Assembly (NCBI GenBank): GCA_905188025.1 | Contig: CAJJKI010000002.1 | Coordinates: 78,181-142,180 of the forward strand | Direction: 5' to 3' | Length of the DNA: 64,000 nt | Origin: an uncultured Eubacteriales bacterium | GTDB lineage: Bacteria; Bacillota_I; Bacilli_A; RF39; UBA660 | Shown: positions 48,021 to 58,850 of the stretch, piece after piece | Layout of the letters: the number at the start of each line of letters is the position of its first letter | Position numbering within the stretch: position 1 is the stretch's first letter | Position numbers and translations under genes: made by a program | The notes under the pieces: generated by a model | Told to the model about the DNA's origin: nothing | What the model saw: only the letters and a program-made list of their open reading frames with translations | Databases searched by the model: none

Positions 48021-49731
48021 ATTTATTAGTGATGTAGTAGAGAAAGTTACTAATAAAGAGCCTTGGTATAAATATTATGGAAATAATAATGATATTAAAT
48101 ATCCTGATATGACTATATTTGAACTTATTAATAAGACTGCTGAATCATATCCATTTAATTATGCATATGAATATTATGGAAAGAAAGTTACTTATAGAGA
48201 ATTTATTTATAAGATTAAGAAGTGTGCTAGTGCTCTTATAGAGTTAGGAGTACATGAAGGAGATAGGGTTACTATATGTATGCCTAATACTCCAGTAGCT
48301 ATTATTACTTTTTATGCAATTAATTATATAGGGGCTACTGCTAGTATGATACATCCTTTATCTAGTAGTAGTGAGATAGAATATTATTTAAATGAATCAA
48401 ATAGTAAATATATATTAACAATAGATTTAGTGTATGATAAGCTTATGAGTATTGTTGATAAGACAGGTATTGATAAGATTATTGTTAGTAGTGTATCTGA
48501 TGATATGAGTAATTTCAAGAGAGTAATGTATTGGTTCTTTTCAGGTAGAAAGAATAAGATTGAGAAGAATGATAAAGCAATATTTTATAATGATTTGATA
48601 AAGTTAGGAATAGATTATAAGGAATTACAACCAGTAAAGAAGAGTGTAGATGATGAAGCTGTTATTTTATATAGTGGAGGTACTACTGGTAGTCCTAAAG
48701 GGATAATTCTTAGTAATATGAATTTTAATGCATTAGCTATGCAATGTCATATAGCATGTGATCCTGCTAGAGAGGGAGATTCTATATTAGCTGTTTTACC
48801 AATATTTCATGGGTTTGGATTGGGAGTATCAATACATACACCTTTATATATAGGAATGAAAGTTATTCTAGTACCAGATTTTAGTCCTAGAAAGTTTGGT
48901 GGGTTAATTAAGAAATATAATCCTAATTTTATTACAGGAGTACCTACTTTATATGAGGCTTTATTAAAGGTAAAGTTAGGAAAAAGATCACTTACACATT
49001 TGAACTGTGTTGTTAGTGGAGGAGATACTTTAATACCTGAATTTAAAAAACAAATAGATGAATATCTTAGAAATCATGGATCAAAAGCACAAATAAGATG
49101 TGGATATGGACTTACGGAATGTACAGGGGCTTGTTGTTTGAATCCTAGAAGAGAATATCGTGATAATAGTATAGGTATTCCAATGCCTAATATGGATTTT
49201 AAGATAGTGAAGATTGGTACTAAACAACAGGCTGATTTTTATCAAGATGGAGAGATATGTATAAGTGGTCCTACGGTTATGAAAGGATACTTGAATGATA
49301 AAGAAGAGACTAAGAAAGTATTAGTAAAACATAGTGATGGAAAGATATGGCTTCATACTGGAGATATTGGTTGTATGGATGAAGATGGATTTGTATATTT
49401 TAAGCAAAGACTTAAGAGACTGATAGTATCTTCTGGATATAATGTATATCCTAGTTATATAGAAAATGTACTAATGGGATTAAGCGAGATAGATAGTTGT
49501 GTAGTTATTGGAGTACCTCATCCATATAAAAAACAAGTTGCTAAAGCATATATAGTTTTAAAAGATGGAGTAAAATTAACAGTAGCTTTAAAGAAGAAGA
49601 TTAAACGTCATTGTGAGACTAATTTAGCTAGGTATTCATGGCCATATGAATATGAATTTAGGGATAAATTACCTAAAACACTGGTAGGTAAAGTAGCATA
49701 TAAGGAGTTGGAGAAAGAGAATCATGTATAA
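47989..49731 (+). CDS. AMP-dependent acyl-CoA synthetase/ligase
   Basis: ILYSGGTTGSPKGI (AMP-binding P-loop), GYGLTE and TGDIG motifs. Overlaps the upstream gene by 32 nt. Confidence 0.9.
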   Translation: MIKSLLVGISRFISDVVEKVTNKEPWYKYYGNNNDIKYPDMTIFELINKTAESYPFNYAYEYYGKKVTYREFIYKIKKCASALIELGVHEGDRVTICMPNTPVAIITFYAINYIGATASMIHPLSSSSEIEYYLNESNSKYILTIDLVYDKLMSIVDKTGIDKIIVSSVSDDMSNFKRVMYWFFSGRKNKIEKNDKAIFYNDLIKLGIDYKELQPVKKSVDDEAVILYSGGTTGSPKGIILSNMNFNALAMQCHIACDPAREGDSILAVLPIFHGFGLGVSIHTPLYIGMKVILVPDFSPRKFGGLIKKYNPNFITGVPTLYEALLKVKLGKRSLTHLNCVVSGGDTLIPEFKKQIDEYLRNHGSKAQIRCGYGLTECTGACCLNPRREYRDNSIGIPMPNMDFKIVKIGTKQQADFYQDGEICISGPTVMKGYLNDKEETKKVLVKHSDGKIWLHTGDIGCMDEDGFVYFKQRLKRLIVSSGYNVYPSYIENVLMGLSEIDSCVVIGVPHPYKKQVAKAYIVLKDGVKLTVALKKKIKRHCETNLARYSWPYEYEFRDKLPKTLVGKVAYKELEKENHV

Positions 49732-50572
49732 AATAATGGATGGAAAGTTAATTAAAAAGCAAATACTAGAAGAACTTAAGAATAAAGTTAGTGAAATGGA
49801 AGAGAAGCCTAGTTTAGTAGTTATTCAAATAGGGGATAATGATGCTAGTAATGTATATATTAAGCAAAAGGCTAAGATGGCTGATTATATAGGATATGGA
49901 TATAGACATATTAAGTTAGATGAAAATGTTAGTGAGGAAGAAGTTCTTAAGATTATTGATGAGCTTAATCAAGATAAGAAGGTTAATGGAGTAATGGTAC
50001 AAATGCCACTACCTAGACATATTAATACTGATAAGGTACAAAATGCTGTTATACCTAGTAAGGATGTAGATGGATTATCTGATTATAATGCAGGATTATT
50101 ATTTCACAATAAAGAAGCTTTATATTCTTGTACTCCTTATGGGGTAATGGAATTGTTTAAGAGATATAATATTTCTTTAGAGGGACGTCATGCTGTAGTA
50201 GTAGGTAGAAGTAATTTAGTAGGTAAACCTATGGCAATGATGCTACTTAATGCAGGGGCTACGGTTACTGTATGTCATTCTAAGACAGTTGATTTAAAGA
50301 AATATACAAAGAAAGCTGATATTTTGATTAGTTGTGTTGGTAAAGCTAATTTTATTACTAAAGAGATGGTTAAGAAGGGCAGTATTGTAATTGACGTAGG
50401 TATTACTAGAGGAATCAATGGATTATGTGGAGACGTAGACTTTGATGAGGTGGCTCCTTCTACTAAATATATTACACCAGTACCTGGAGGTGTAGGACCA
50501 ATGACGGTAGCTATGCTAGGTATGAATGTAATGGAAGCTTATATGAAACAAAAGGAGGAAGAAAATGTATAA
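49724..50572 (+). CDS. folD: bifunctional methylenetetrahydrofolate dehydrogenase/cyclohydrolase
   Basis: VQMPLP, VVVGRSNLVGKPM and PVPGGVGPMT motifs. Confidence 0.95.
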   Translation: MYKIMDGKLIKKQILEELKNKVSEMEEKPSLVVIQIGDNDASNVYIKQKAKMADYIGYGYRHIKLDENVSEEEVLKIIDELNQDKKVNGVMVQMPLPRHINTDKVQNAVIPSKDVDGLSDYNAGLLFHNKEALYSCTPYGVMELFKRYNISLEGRHAVVVGRSNLVGKPMAMMLLNAGATVTVCHSKTVDLKKYTKKADILISCVGKANFITKEMVKKGSIVIDVGITRGINGLCGDVDFDEVAPSTKYITPVPGGVGPMTVAMLGMNVMEAYMKQKEEENV

Positions 50573-51260
50573 ATTATGTTATTTATTTATTCTTTATTTA
50601 ATGTATGCTTGTCTTGGATGGATAATGGAAGTAATTAATTCATATATTCAAAAGAAAAGATTTATTAATAGAGGATTTATGATAGGTCCTTATTGTCCAA
50701 TATATGGTACAGGAGTATTACTAATTATATATTTATTAAAGAATTATACAGGTAATTTTTTAGTACTTTTTGTTTTAGCTATGGCTGTATGTATGTCACT
50801 AGAATATTTAACTAGTTTAGTAATGGAATGGTTATTTAATGCTAGATGGTGGGATTATAGTAATCGTAAATTTAATATTAATGGTAGAGTATGTTTAGAG
50901 ACTGCTATTCCTTTTGGACTTGGTGGATTACTTATTATGTATGTAATTAATCCATTATTTACAGGATTATTAGATAAGGGTAGTGAGAAGTTTATTATAA
51001 TACTTGGAATAATCTTGATGGTGATATTCTTTACTGATTTAGTTATATCTTTCTTTGTAATTTTGAAATATCGTAAGGCTGGAGTAGAAAACTTTAAGGA
51101 TGATACGGAAGAGATGAGTAAGAAGGTGCATGATTATTTGGTAAATCATTCTTACTTGACAAAGAGATTTGTAGAATCATTCCCTAATGCAAAGATAAGA
51201 GTAGAGAAATTTAAGAAATTATACGAGAAAAGAAAAAAGAAGATTATGAAGAATAAGTAA
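50565..51260 (+). CDS. membrane protein, PF06541 (CmpB/DUF1113)-like
   Basis: GWIMEV...GPYCPIYG...EY..S..ME..F...WWDYS pattern. Confidence 0.6.
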   Translation: MYKLCYLFILYLMYACLGWIMEVINSYIQKKRFINRGFMIGPYCPIYGTGVLLIIYLLKNYTGNFLVLFVLAMAVCMSLEYLTSLVMEWLFNARWWDYSNRKFNINGRVCLETAIPFGLGGLLIMYVINPLFTGLLDKGSEKFIIILGIILMVIFFTDLVISFFVILKYRKAGVENFKDDTEEMSKKVHDYLVNHSYLTKRFVESFPNAKIRVEKFKKLYEKRKKKIMKNK

Positions 51261-51308
51261 TTAGATTATATGTAATTTAATGAGATTGCTTTTATGGATG
51301 AAATAATT

Positions 51309-51340
51309 AGAAGAATTATAGAAAGATTCTTCTTTTTTTG
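51309..51340 (+). terminator. intrinsic terminator
   Basis: AGAAGAAT-9 nt-ATTCTTCT followed by T7. Confidence 0.75.
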
Positions 51341-51408
51341 ATATAATTATTATGAGTAAGTGATAAGTAAATATTGATAAATATAAATAATTTTACTGGA
51401 GGTGTGTG

Positions 51409-52473
51409 ATGAATATTAGAGATAAGTTTATGCAAATGATAATGTTAGGTATGGATATAGAGAGTCTTAATGATGAAGTAATTAGGCTTATTAGAGATTA
51501 TAAAATAGGGGGAATTGTATTATATAAGAAGAATTATCATGATATAGATTCAATGAGGGATTTGATTAATAAGATAAAGAAGATTAATGAAGGGAATATA
51601 CCATTATTTATAGCTATTGATCAGGAGAATGGTAGAGTTAATCGTATGCCTGATGAGATAGAGAGGATATATAGTCCTTTGAGACAGGTAAAGACTGGGA
51701 AGATAGAGATAGTTAATAAATGTGATGAGATAACTGGAGAATTGCTTAATAAAGTGGGAGTTAATATGAATTTAGCTCCAGTATTAGATATTAATTATGA
51801 TGATAGTAAGATTATTGGTAACAGGAGTTATGGAACAAGTCTTCATGAAGTTATTAAGTATGGTATATCTAGTATGATTAATTATAAGAATATGGGAATA
51901 ATACCAGTAGTTAAACATTTTCCAGGACATGGACTTGTTAATGGAGATAGTCATTATTTGATTCCGATGATTAATGATGCTAAGAAGATGGAAGATGATC
52001 TAGAAGTGTATGAGAATGCTATTAATAATGGATGCGAGGTAATAATGATAGGTCATTTAAAGGTTAAAGGATATGGTAGGGAACCTGCTAGTATTAATAA
52101 GAATATTATAGAGAAGTGTTTAATAGATAGATATAATTATCAGGGATTAATTATTACTGATGACTTGAGAATGAATACGATGAAGTATATATATGGTATT
52201 AAAAATATGGTTAATAAGAGTATTCAAGCGGGATCAAATATACTTATGATTAAATATAAGAAGAGAGATACTAAAAAGTTATATGATGAATTATATAAGA
52301 TGGTAGATAAAGAGAAGATTAGTCATGAACTGATAGAGAATAGTTATCAAAAGATTATTAATATTAAGAATAAGTATAAGATAAGTAATGATATATCTAG
52401 TGAAGTTATTGATATAGATAGAATTAATAAAGAGATAAGAGAAGTTAATGGGGAGATAGAAAAGTTTAGTTAA
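51409..52473 (+). CDS. glycoside hydrolase family 3 beta-N-acetylhexosaminidase (NagZ-like)
   Basis: IDQENGRV, KHFPGHG and ITDDLRM motifs. Confidence 0.85.
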   Translation: MNIRDKFMQMIMLGMDIESLNDEVIRLIRDYKIGGIVLYKKNYHDIDSMRDLINKIKKINEGNIPLFIAIDQENGRVNRMPDEIERIYSPLRQVKTGKIEIVNKCDEITGELLNKVGVNMNLAPVLDINYDDSKIIGNRSYGTSLHEVIKYGISSMINYKNMGIIPVVKHFPGHGLVNGDSHYLIPMINDAKKMEDDLEVYENAINNGCEVIMIGHLKVKGYGREPASINKNIIEKCLIDRYNYQGLIITDDLRMNTMKYIYGIKNMVNKSIQAGSNILMIKYKKRDTKKLYDELYKMVDKEKISHELIENSYQKIINIKNKYKISNDISSEVIDIDRINKEIREVNGEIEKFS

Positions 52474-52686
52474 TTAGTTCGGTTTAATATGAAAAAGTCC
52501 GGTTGGAAGTGGAAATTTTAAAAATATAGATACTATAATACTGAATTAATGGGATAAATTCTTATAAATTGCTTGCATAATGGGATAAATTATGATATAT
52601 TTAATGGGACCCAAGTAGAAGTAATTTGATAGATAAACGTTTTTTTAGAGAAAAAAAGCGTTTTTTTCCGTTGTTTGGAGGTGTTT

Positions 52687-54696
52687 ATGGAGTTACCAAA
52701 AGAAGAGGTAAGACTAGAAGAGAAAAGACTTGATGATACGATTAAACTGATAAGAGGAAAGATATCAGTACTAGGACAAGAGTTATATGACAGAGATGAT
52801 AAAGTCTTAGAATTTAAGAAGTTTATGTGGGATAATAGAGCGGATATGGATCCTAGTGAACTAAAGACGATGATGAGTGATAATGACTTAGAGATTAGTA
52901 TGATGATGAAGAAGGGGGAATACTTACAAAAATTATATAAGATACAAAATAATCCATATTTTGGAAGAATAGTATTTAGTGATGGGATTAATAAAGATAA
53001 TGTATATATAGGAATTACTCATGTAACGGATGATAATAATAACTATTATGTACATGATTGGAGAAGTCCAATATGTAATTTATTTTATGATTATGAAGTA
53101 GGTAAGGCTAGTTATATGGCTCCGATGGGGAAAATTGAAGGGGAAATTACTTTAAAGAGACAGTATACGATAAAAGATGGAAAGTTATTACATATATTTG
53201 ATAATAATACGAATATAGATGATGAGTTATTACAGGAAGTATTAGCTAGTGCGGATAATGATAAGATGAAGAATATAGTTAATACAATACAAGCAGAACA
53301 AAATACAGTTATTAGGAATACTGATGATAAGAATTTGATAGTACAGGGAATTGCAGGATCAGGAAAGACTTCAGTAGCTCTTCATAGAATAGCATTCTTA
53401 TTATATAAGATAGAGAATTTGAATTCTAATAATGTACTGATATTTTCTCCTAATAAGATATTTTCTGAGTATATTAGTAATGTACTTCCGGAGCTTGGAG
53501 AGAGTAATACGATGCAAACTACTATTAATGATTTTCTTGATATGGAGATTAAAGAGTTTCGTCATGTAGAGACATTTACAGCATTTATAGAGAGAAGTTA
53601 TCAGGATAGAGAAGATTATGAGTTTATTAAATATAAACAAAGTGATAGAGTATATGATGATATAGATGAATATATAAATAGTATGTGTGAGAAGGCAAGA
53701 TTCTTGGATGATTTATTTATGAGAGACTATAGTTATACGAAGAGTGAACTTGATTATATGTTAAATGTTAGATATGAAAAGTTTCCTTTAGGGGAAAGAA
53801 TTAAGTTTATGGCAGAGAAGATTAGTGAGAATAATTTTAATGGTAGTATATCTAGAAGTAAAAAAATCATGAGAGAATTATATGATAGGATAAATATTGA
53901 AAGAGATTTGGTTAAGATATATATAGATTTCTTTAATAGTAGATATAGTAAGATAAAGAAAGATATTAGTTATATTAAGAATGATAAAGATATGTTACAT
54001 TATGATGATGCTTGTTTATATGTATATATGAAGTGTAAGTTATATGGATATAATTATAATACTTATATTAAAGAGATAGTTATTGATGAAGCGCAAGATT
54101 ATTCTTTAGGACAATTAAAGTTAATTAGTAAGATATTTAGAAATGCTAGTTATACGATACTGGGAGATATTAATCAAACTATTAATCCATACTATAGATA
54201 TGAGAGTTTAGAAGATATTAAGAAGATACTTCCTGATAGTAAATATATAGAGCTTACTAAGACATATAGAAGTAGTGAAGAGATAGTAGAATATAGTAAT
54301 AGAGTACTTGGACTTAATCATGTTACTGCTATTAGAAGGAATAAGCCAGTACCAGTAGATGAGGTAGTTGAAGGGGAACTTAATAGTCAGTTAAGACATG
54401 ATATAGAGGAATGTAAGCTTCATGGTAAGAGTATAGCTATAATTACTAAGAATCAAGATGAATGTGATAAGATTTATAAGATGCTTAGTGATACGGGTAT
54501 TAGTAAGATAGATAATAGTAGTAAGAAGTTTAATAGAAAGTTTATTGTAGTACCGGTATATATGGCTAAAGGATTAGAATTTGATAGTGTAATAATATAT
54601 ACGGATAAGAATAATAAGTATACTAAGGATGAGAAATATTTATATTATGTAGCTATTACGAGAGCACAGCATAAGTTAATAGTATATAATCAATAA
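52687..54696 (+). CDS. helD: HelD-type (helicase IV / UvrD-like) ATPase
   Basis: GIAGSGKTSVALHRIAFLLY, IDEAQDY and C-terminal AKGLEFD...YVAITRA. GGAGGTG SD precedes the ATG at 52687. Confidence 0.85.
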   Translation: MELPKEEVRLEEKRLDDTIKLIRGKISVLGQELYDRDDKVLEFKKFMWDNRADMDPSELKTMMSDNDLEISMMMKKGEYLQKLYKIQNNPYFGRIVFSDGINKDNVYIGITHVTDDNNNYYVHDWRSPICNLFYDYEVGKASYMAPMGKIEGEITLKRQYTIKDGKLLHIFDNNTNIDDELLQEVLASADNDKMKNIVNTIQAEQNTVIRNTDDKNLIVQGIAGSGKTSVALHRIAFLLYKIENLNSNNVLIFSPNKIFSEYISNVLPELGESNTMQTTINDFLDMEIKEFRHVETFTAFIERSYQDREDYEFIKYKQSDRVYDDIDEYINSMCEKARFLDDLFMRDYSYTKSELDYMLNVRYEKFPLGERIKFMAEKISENNFNGSISRSKKIMRELYDRINIERDLVKIYIDFFNSRYSKIKKDISYIKNDKDMLHYDDACLYVYMKCKLYGYNYNTYIKEIVIDEAQDYSLGQLKLISKIFRNASYTILGDINQTINPYYRYESLEDIKKILPDSKYIELTKTYRSSEEIVEYSNRVLGLNHVTAIRRNKPVPVDEVVEGELNSQLRHDIEECKLHGKSIAIITKNQDECDKIYKMLSDTGISKIDNSSKKFNRKFIVVPVYMAKGLEFDSVIIYTDKNNKYTKDEKYLYYVAITRAQHKLIVYNQ

Positions 54697-54711
54697 GATA
54701 TAGATATAGAA

Positions 54712-54758
54712 AAGAGATTAAGTTAACTATAGGAGTAGTTAAGGCTTAATCTTTTTAT
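54712..54758. terminator. terminator between convergent genes
   Basis: AGATTAAG(TTAACT)...(AGTTAA)GGCTTAATCT followed by TTTTT. Confidence 0.7.
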
Positions 54759-56483
54759 TTATTTTTCTTGGATGGGAGAGGTGAATGATGAGATGGAGTC
54801 ACGAAGACGAGGATGTTTTATTACAAAGTGAATAGTGGGATTAGTACTTTTTGAGATGATAGTGTAGTTATTGATAAGATTAATTATAGTGATATTATTA
54901 AATGTTTTATGATGGGATAATGATACATGGTAGTTTTTATTTTGATCTTGATATTTGATAGTAGAATTTAAGTGATCTAGATATTCTTTTTTAGTGTATG
55001 TGATGGGAGTTGGGTAGAAGATATTTTCTAGTGATAGGTGAAGGTTGTCAGTACTAGTATTATTTATTTCATAGATATTATCAGTGATAGAGTTATTTTC
55101 TAGTATTTTTTTAGTATGTGATATTTCTTCATGATAGTAAGAGATTATTTTAGTTTGATCATGAACTGGGACTTTGTTTCTTTTTAATATTTTTCTTAGA
55201 AGAGATTCACTTATTGTGAAGAGGGGAAGACTTGAGTAAGTTCTTACTCTTTCAGTATTTATATTGGTACTAGAAGATAAGAATGATTTATAAGCAATAT
55301 TAGATTCTTCACGATAGATATCCATTAGAGGACTGGCTTTTTTTAGAAGAATATTAGATTTTTCTTGATAGAAAGCTAGTTCTTTTTTGTTAGTAGTTAG
55401 ATAATATTTACCTAGATGATGATTATTAGTAAGAGATTCTCCAGTAAGGGCACATACTCCAGAGACATAGTTTAGGTGATTATAGATATTATTTTTATTA
55501 TCTTTGAAATAGTATGGGGATACTTGATTAGTCATATAGATAGGGATCCAGCTTAAGAGACCTAGCATCATTTCATTAAAGGGACGATTTAGATTATGAA
55601 TGATATTTAGATGAAGGCCTTTTTTTAGACACATAGCAATAGCAAACATCCATTTTTTACCGAATTCTATATCTTTAGCCATATCTTCCATAGGCATATC
55701 ACTACACATAAAGATATCAGAATTATTTTTAGATAGGACTGTAGCTTTAAAGAAATCTAGTTCTCCTTGCTTCATTTCTTCAAGACCATAATAGTGCCTT
55801 GTTTTAGCACGATAGAGGGGAATGTTGGGTACTTTTAATTCATCAAATTTAATATCTTTGATATAGTCAGATAAATTAAAGTTATCTAGATTATTTAGAA
55901 ATGTACTGATATAGTTAATTTTTTCTTTTTGATAGAATGAATCATTAGTTAGATAATTATAGATTACTTCAGAGATATTTTTTTTATTTATAGAGATAGA
56001 TTTATCTAAGAGAGAAGAGATTAGTTGAATACTATTGGGGGTATTATATTTAGAATTTATATAGTTAGATACTTTTAGAGAGAATGATTTTGGATCAGAG
56101 GGTTTTGATTTACCATAACGAATACGAGATATGTGAGAGGGATCAAAAGAAATATATTTAGCCATATCATTTGTATTTATATTTAGAGTAATGATAAGAG
56201 TATTGAGATTAGTACTTAGATTTTCATAATTAAAATTATTATTAAGAGAAGTAGTTAATTCTTTTAGGATAGTATCTTCGGTTAGAGGAGTATTACTTTT
56301 TTTAGAGAGAATGCTTAATGATTTAGCAAGAGAATTAATTTGAGGGCTATTTATACTAGGGGTTCTTTTACCACTACGATATCTACTTATAACGGACTCT
56401 GATATATTAGAGAGTATAGATAGTTCTTTTGAAGTAGAATTAGTTTCTTTTAAATATTTATTTAATATATCTTTAAATTGCAT
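54759..56483 (-). CDS. large regulator-like protein with two N-terminal HTH modules
   Basis: SKELSILSNISESVISRYRSGKRTP and NDMAKYISFDPSHISRIRYGKSKP, then about 430 aa of unknown domain. AGGTGA SD precedes the ATG at 56483. Confidence 0.6.
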   Translation of the reverse strand: MQFKDILNKYLKETNSTSKELSILSNISESVISRYRSGKRTPSINSPQINSLAKSLSILSKKSNTPLTEDTILKELTTSLNNNFNYENLSTNLNTLIITLNINTNDMAKYISFDPSHISRIRYGKSKPSDPKSFSLKVSNYINSKYNTPNSIQLISSLLDKSISINKKNISEVIYNYLTNDSFYQKEKINYISTFLNNLDNFNLSDYIKDIKFDELKVPNIPLYRAKTRHYYGLEEMKQGELDFFKATVLSKNNSDIFMCSDMPMEDMAKDIEFGKKWMFAIAMCLKKGLHLNIIHNLNRPFNEMMLGLLSWIPIYMTNQVSPYYFKDNKNNIYNHLNYVSGVCALTGESLTNNHHLGKYYLTTNKKELAFYQEKSNILLKKASPLMDIYREESNIAYKSFLSSSTNINTERVRTYSSLPLFTISESLLRKILKRNKVPVHDQTKIISYYHEEISHTKKILENNSITDNIYEINNTSTDNLHLSLENIFYPTPITYTKKEYLDHLNSTIKYQDQNKNYHVSLSHHKTFNNITIINLINNYTIISKSTNPTIHFVIKHPRLRDSISSFTSPIQEK

Positions 56484-56613
56484 AATTATCACCTAATGGT
56501 ATTATACTATAAAAAATGAGAGTTGTCAGTTAAAACATTGTTTTAGATGGCAAGAATATTTATTTATATTGATAAATAGATTATACTATAGATAGTAGTG
56601 GTAAAGGAGAGTT

Positions 56614-57759
56614 ATGATGGAAGATAAGAATAAGAAGAAAATAGATAATAAGAAGAATGATGAGATAGTTGTGAATTTTAAGTTAGATAAGAAGAAACTA
56701 TTATATATTTTGGGGGGAATAGGAGTAGTTTTAATTATAGTAGTGGGAGTACTACTAGGAGTAAATGGGGGAGATAAGGTGAAGATAGTTAAGAGTGAAG
56801 TACAAGAAATTACTTTAGAAGATTATTCAACGGAAGTATTTTCAATGAAGATACCTAAAGGTTGGACAGTACAGTCAGGTGGTCAGGGTATATACTATGC
56901 TATTAGAGTAACTGATCCAAAGGATGAGAATAATCAAGTATTTTTAATGTTAAAGATACAGCCAATATTAAAAAGTCAGTCTGCTAAGAAGGCTTGGCAA
57001 GATTATGCGATACTAGCTGGAGGTGCTCAATATAATCTATTTAGTAAAGCTCCAGTATTAGAAAGTGCTACTACAGAGGGATTTTTCCAAGTATTTGGAG
57101 ATGTTAGTAGTTTTGCAAATAATATAGAGCCAAGTTTAGCTAGTTTTAAATTTCCAACATTTAATAATTTTACTAAATTAGAAGAAAGTGAATCACAAGC
57201 ATCACTTAAGAGTGTGGCAATGGATAGTAAAGTTCTTAGAGCAACATTTACTGGAAGTAAGGGAGAAGCTGGAGAAGGAATGTTTTTGGCAACAGTAGTT
57301 AATTTTGGTAATTCTTATCAAATGGGTGTTGATATGGGTTATTATATGATATATGATATTACAGCAATTACTTCAAAGAAAGATGAATTTATTAATTATC
57401 AAGATATATTAATGAAGTGTGTTAATTCAATAGAATTTACTGATAGTTATGTTAAGAAGACAATAGATGATAGTAATGCACAAACACAACAGTCTTTACA
57501 AATTAATGCACAAGTGCAAGCAGCTTTTGATTCATATATGAGTGCTTGGAATAATAGAAGTAAGACATATGATATTATGAGTCAAAAACAAAGTGATGCT
57601 ACACTAGGATATGAAAGAGTATATGATACAGATACTGGAGAGATATATAAAGCATATAATGGATTTACTGATGATTATAGTGGTAATAGATATAAGAGTG
57701 TAACTGATGATATGTATACTAAGAGTACTAGTGGATATATTGAAAAAATAGGTGGATAG
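56614..57759 (+). CDS. hypothetical N-terminally anchored protein
   Basis: Lys-rich N-terminus plus a TM segment, AGGAGAG SD. No family recognised. Confidence 0.55.
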   Translation: MMEDKNKKKIDNKKNDEIVVNFKLDKKKLLYILGGIGVVLIIVVGVLLGVNGGDKVKIVKSEVQEITLEDYSTEVFSMKIPKGWTVQSGGQGIYYAIRVTDPKDENNQVFLMLKIQPILKSQSAKKAWQDYAILAGGAQYNLFSKAPVLESATTEGFFQVFGDVSSFANNIEPSLASFKFPTFNNFTKLEESESQASLKSVAMDSKVLRATFTGSKGEAGEGMFLATVVNFGNSYQMGVDMGYYMIYDITAITSKKDEFINYQDILMKCVNSIEFTDSYVKKTIDDSNAQTQQSLQINAQVQAAFDSYMSAWNNRSKTYDIMSQKQSDATLGYERVYDTDTGEIYKAYNGFTDDYSGNRYKSVTDDMYTKSTSGYIEKIGG

Positions 57760-57761
57760 TA

Positions 57762-58718
57762 ATGAAGAAGAAAATTATATATATAGTTGGAGGGATACTA
57801 TTAACGGTACTAGTAATAGTAGGAATAATATTATTAGTTAATAGAGGTGGTAATGGTATTAATCTAAGTAAGTATCCAGATACATTACTAGGAGAAGTAT
57901 TAAAAAATAAGAATATTAAGATGGAAGATAATCCATATAAGAAGTTTATGGGAGGAGAGATACTAAGTAAGGATACTTGGTTTAATGAATATACTTTTAT
58001 TACAGGTAATAAAGCTTATATCTTTGATCCTGATAAATTAAAGAATGGATTAGTTAGTTATAAATTAGTATATACTATTCCTAGTAATATAAAGATAGTT
58101 AATATAGGAACACCATATGGAGCTGATATATATTTTTATAGTGATGATGATCATAAGTATAGAGTAAGAGATACTAATATAGATAATGATATTAAAGATG
58201 AATATAGTATGTTTGATAAGGCTACTTATGGAGAATTTGGAGATTATTCTTTTAATAAAGAGAATTATACTGTAAGTAGATATAAACAAAAAGTAGATTA
58301 TGATATTATATGTAATATGTTTTATGTTAAAGATAATATTTTATATGAATTAGTAGAAGAATACTATCATTATCAAGAGAAGAGGTGGGTACCTTTTAAG
58401 ATAGAAAAAGTAGAGGGTAACTATGAGGGAGAAAAGATATTAGATATATATAATGATAGAATTATTAGAACTGATAAGGGATTCTATGAGATAGTTAAAT
58501 ATTATGATAAGGATGGTAATGTTAAGACTACTACTTTAAAGATGGAGTTACCTAGTAAGTATTATGATGAAGTATTAACTTTTACATATGAATATGTTAT
58601 TTTAAATGATTATACTTTAATACCTATAAATGATATAGTTACTAAGAGAAAGAAAGAATATAAGTATAATTATTATGTAGATAAATTTGAAGAGACATTA
58701 GAAAAATTTGTAGAATAA
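57762..58718 (+). CDS. hypothetical N-terminally anchored protein
   Basis: Starts 2 nt after the upstream stop. One TM segment. No family recognised. Confidence 0.55.
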   Translation: MKKKIIYIVGGILLTVLVIVGIILLVNRGGNGINLSKYPDTLLGEVLKNKNIKMEDNPYKKFMGGEILSKDTWFNEYTFITGNKAYIFDPDKLKNGLVSYKLVYTIPSNIKIVNIGTPYGADIYFYSDDDHKYRVRDTNIDNDIKDEYSMFDKATYGEFGDYSFNKENYTVSRYKQKVDYDIICNMFYVKDNILYELVEEYYHYQEKRWVPFKIEKVEGNYEGEKILDIYNDRIIRTDKGFYEIVKYYDKDGNVKTTTLKMELPSKYYDEVLTFTYEYVILNDYTLIPINDIVTKRKKEYKYNYYVDKFEETLEKFVE

Positions 58719-58850
58719 ATTAATTTCCTCAAGAGAGATAGTGTATGCTATCTTTTTTACTTTTATGTGTTAAAGAATATTTTAGACATATATTATTGTT
58801 GACTTAGTAAAGGTTATTAGCTATAATATATGGTACTTGGAGATGATATT

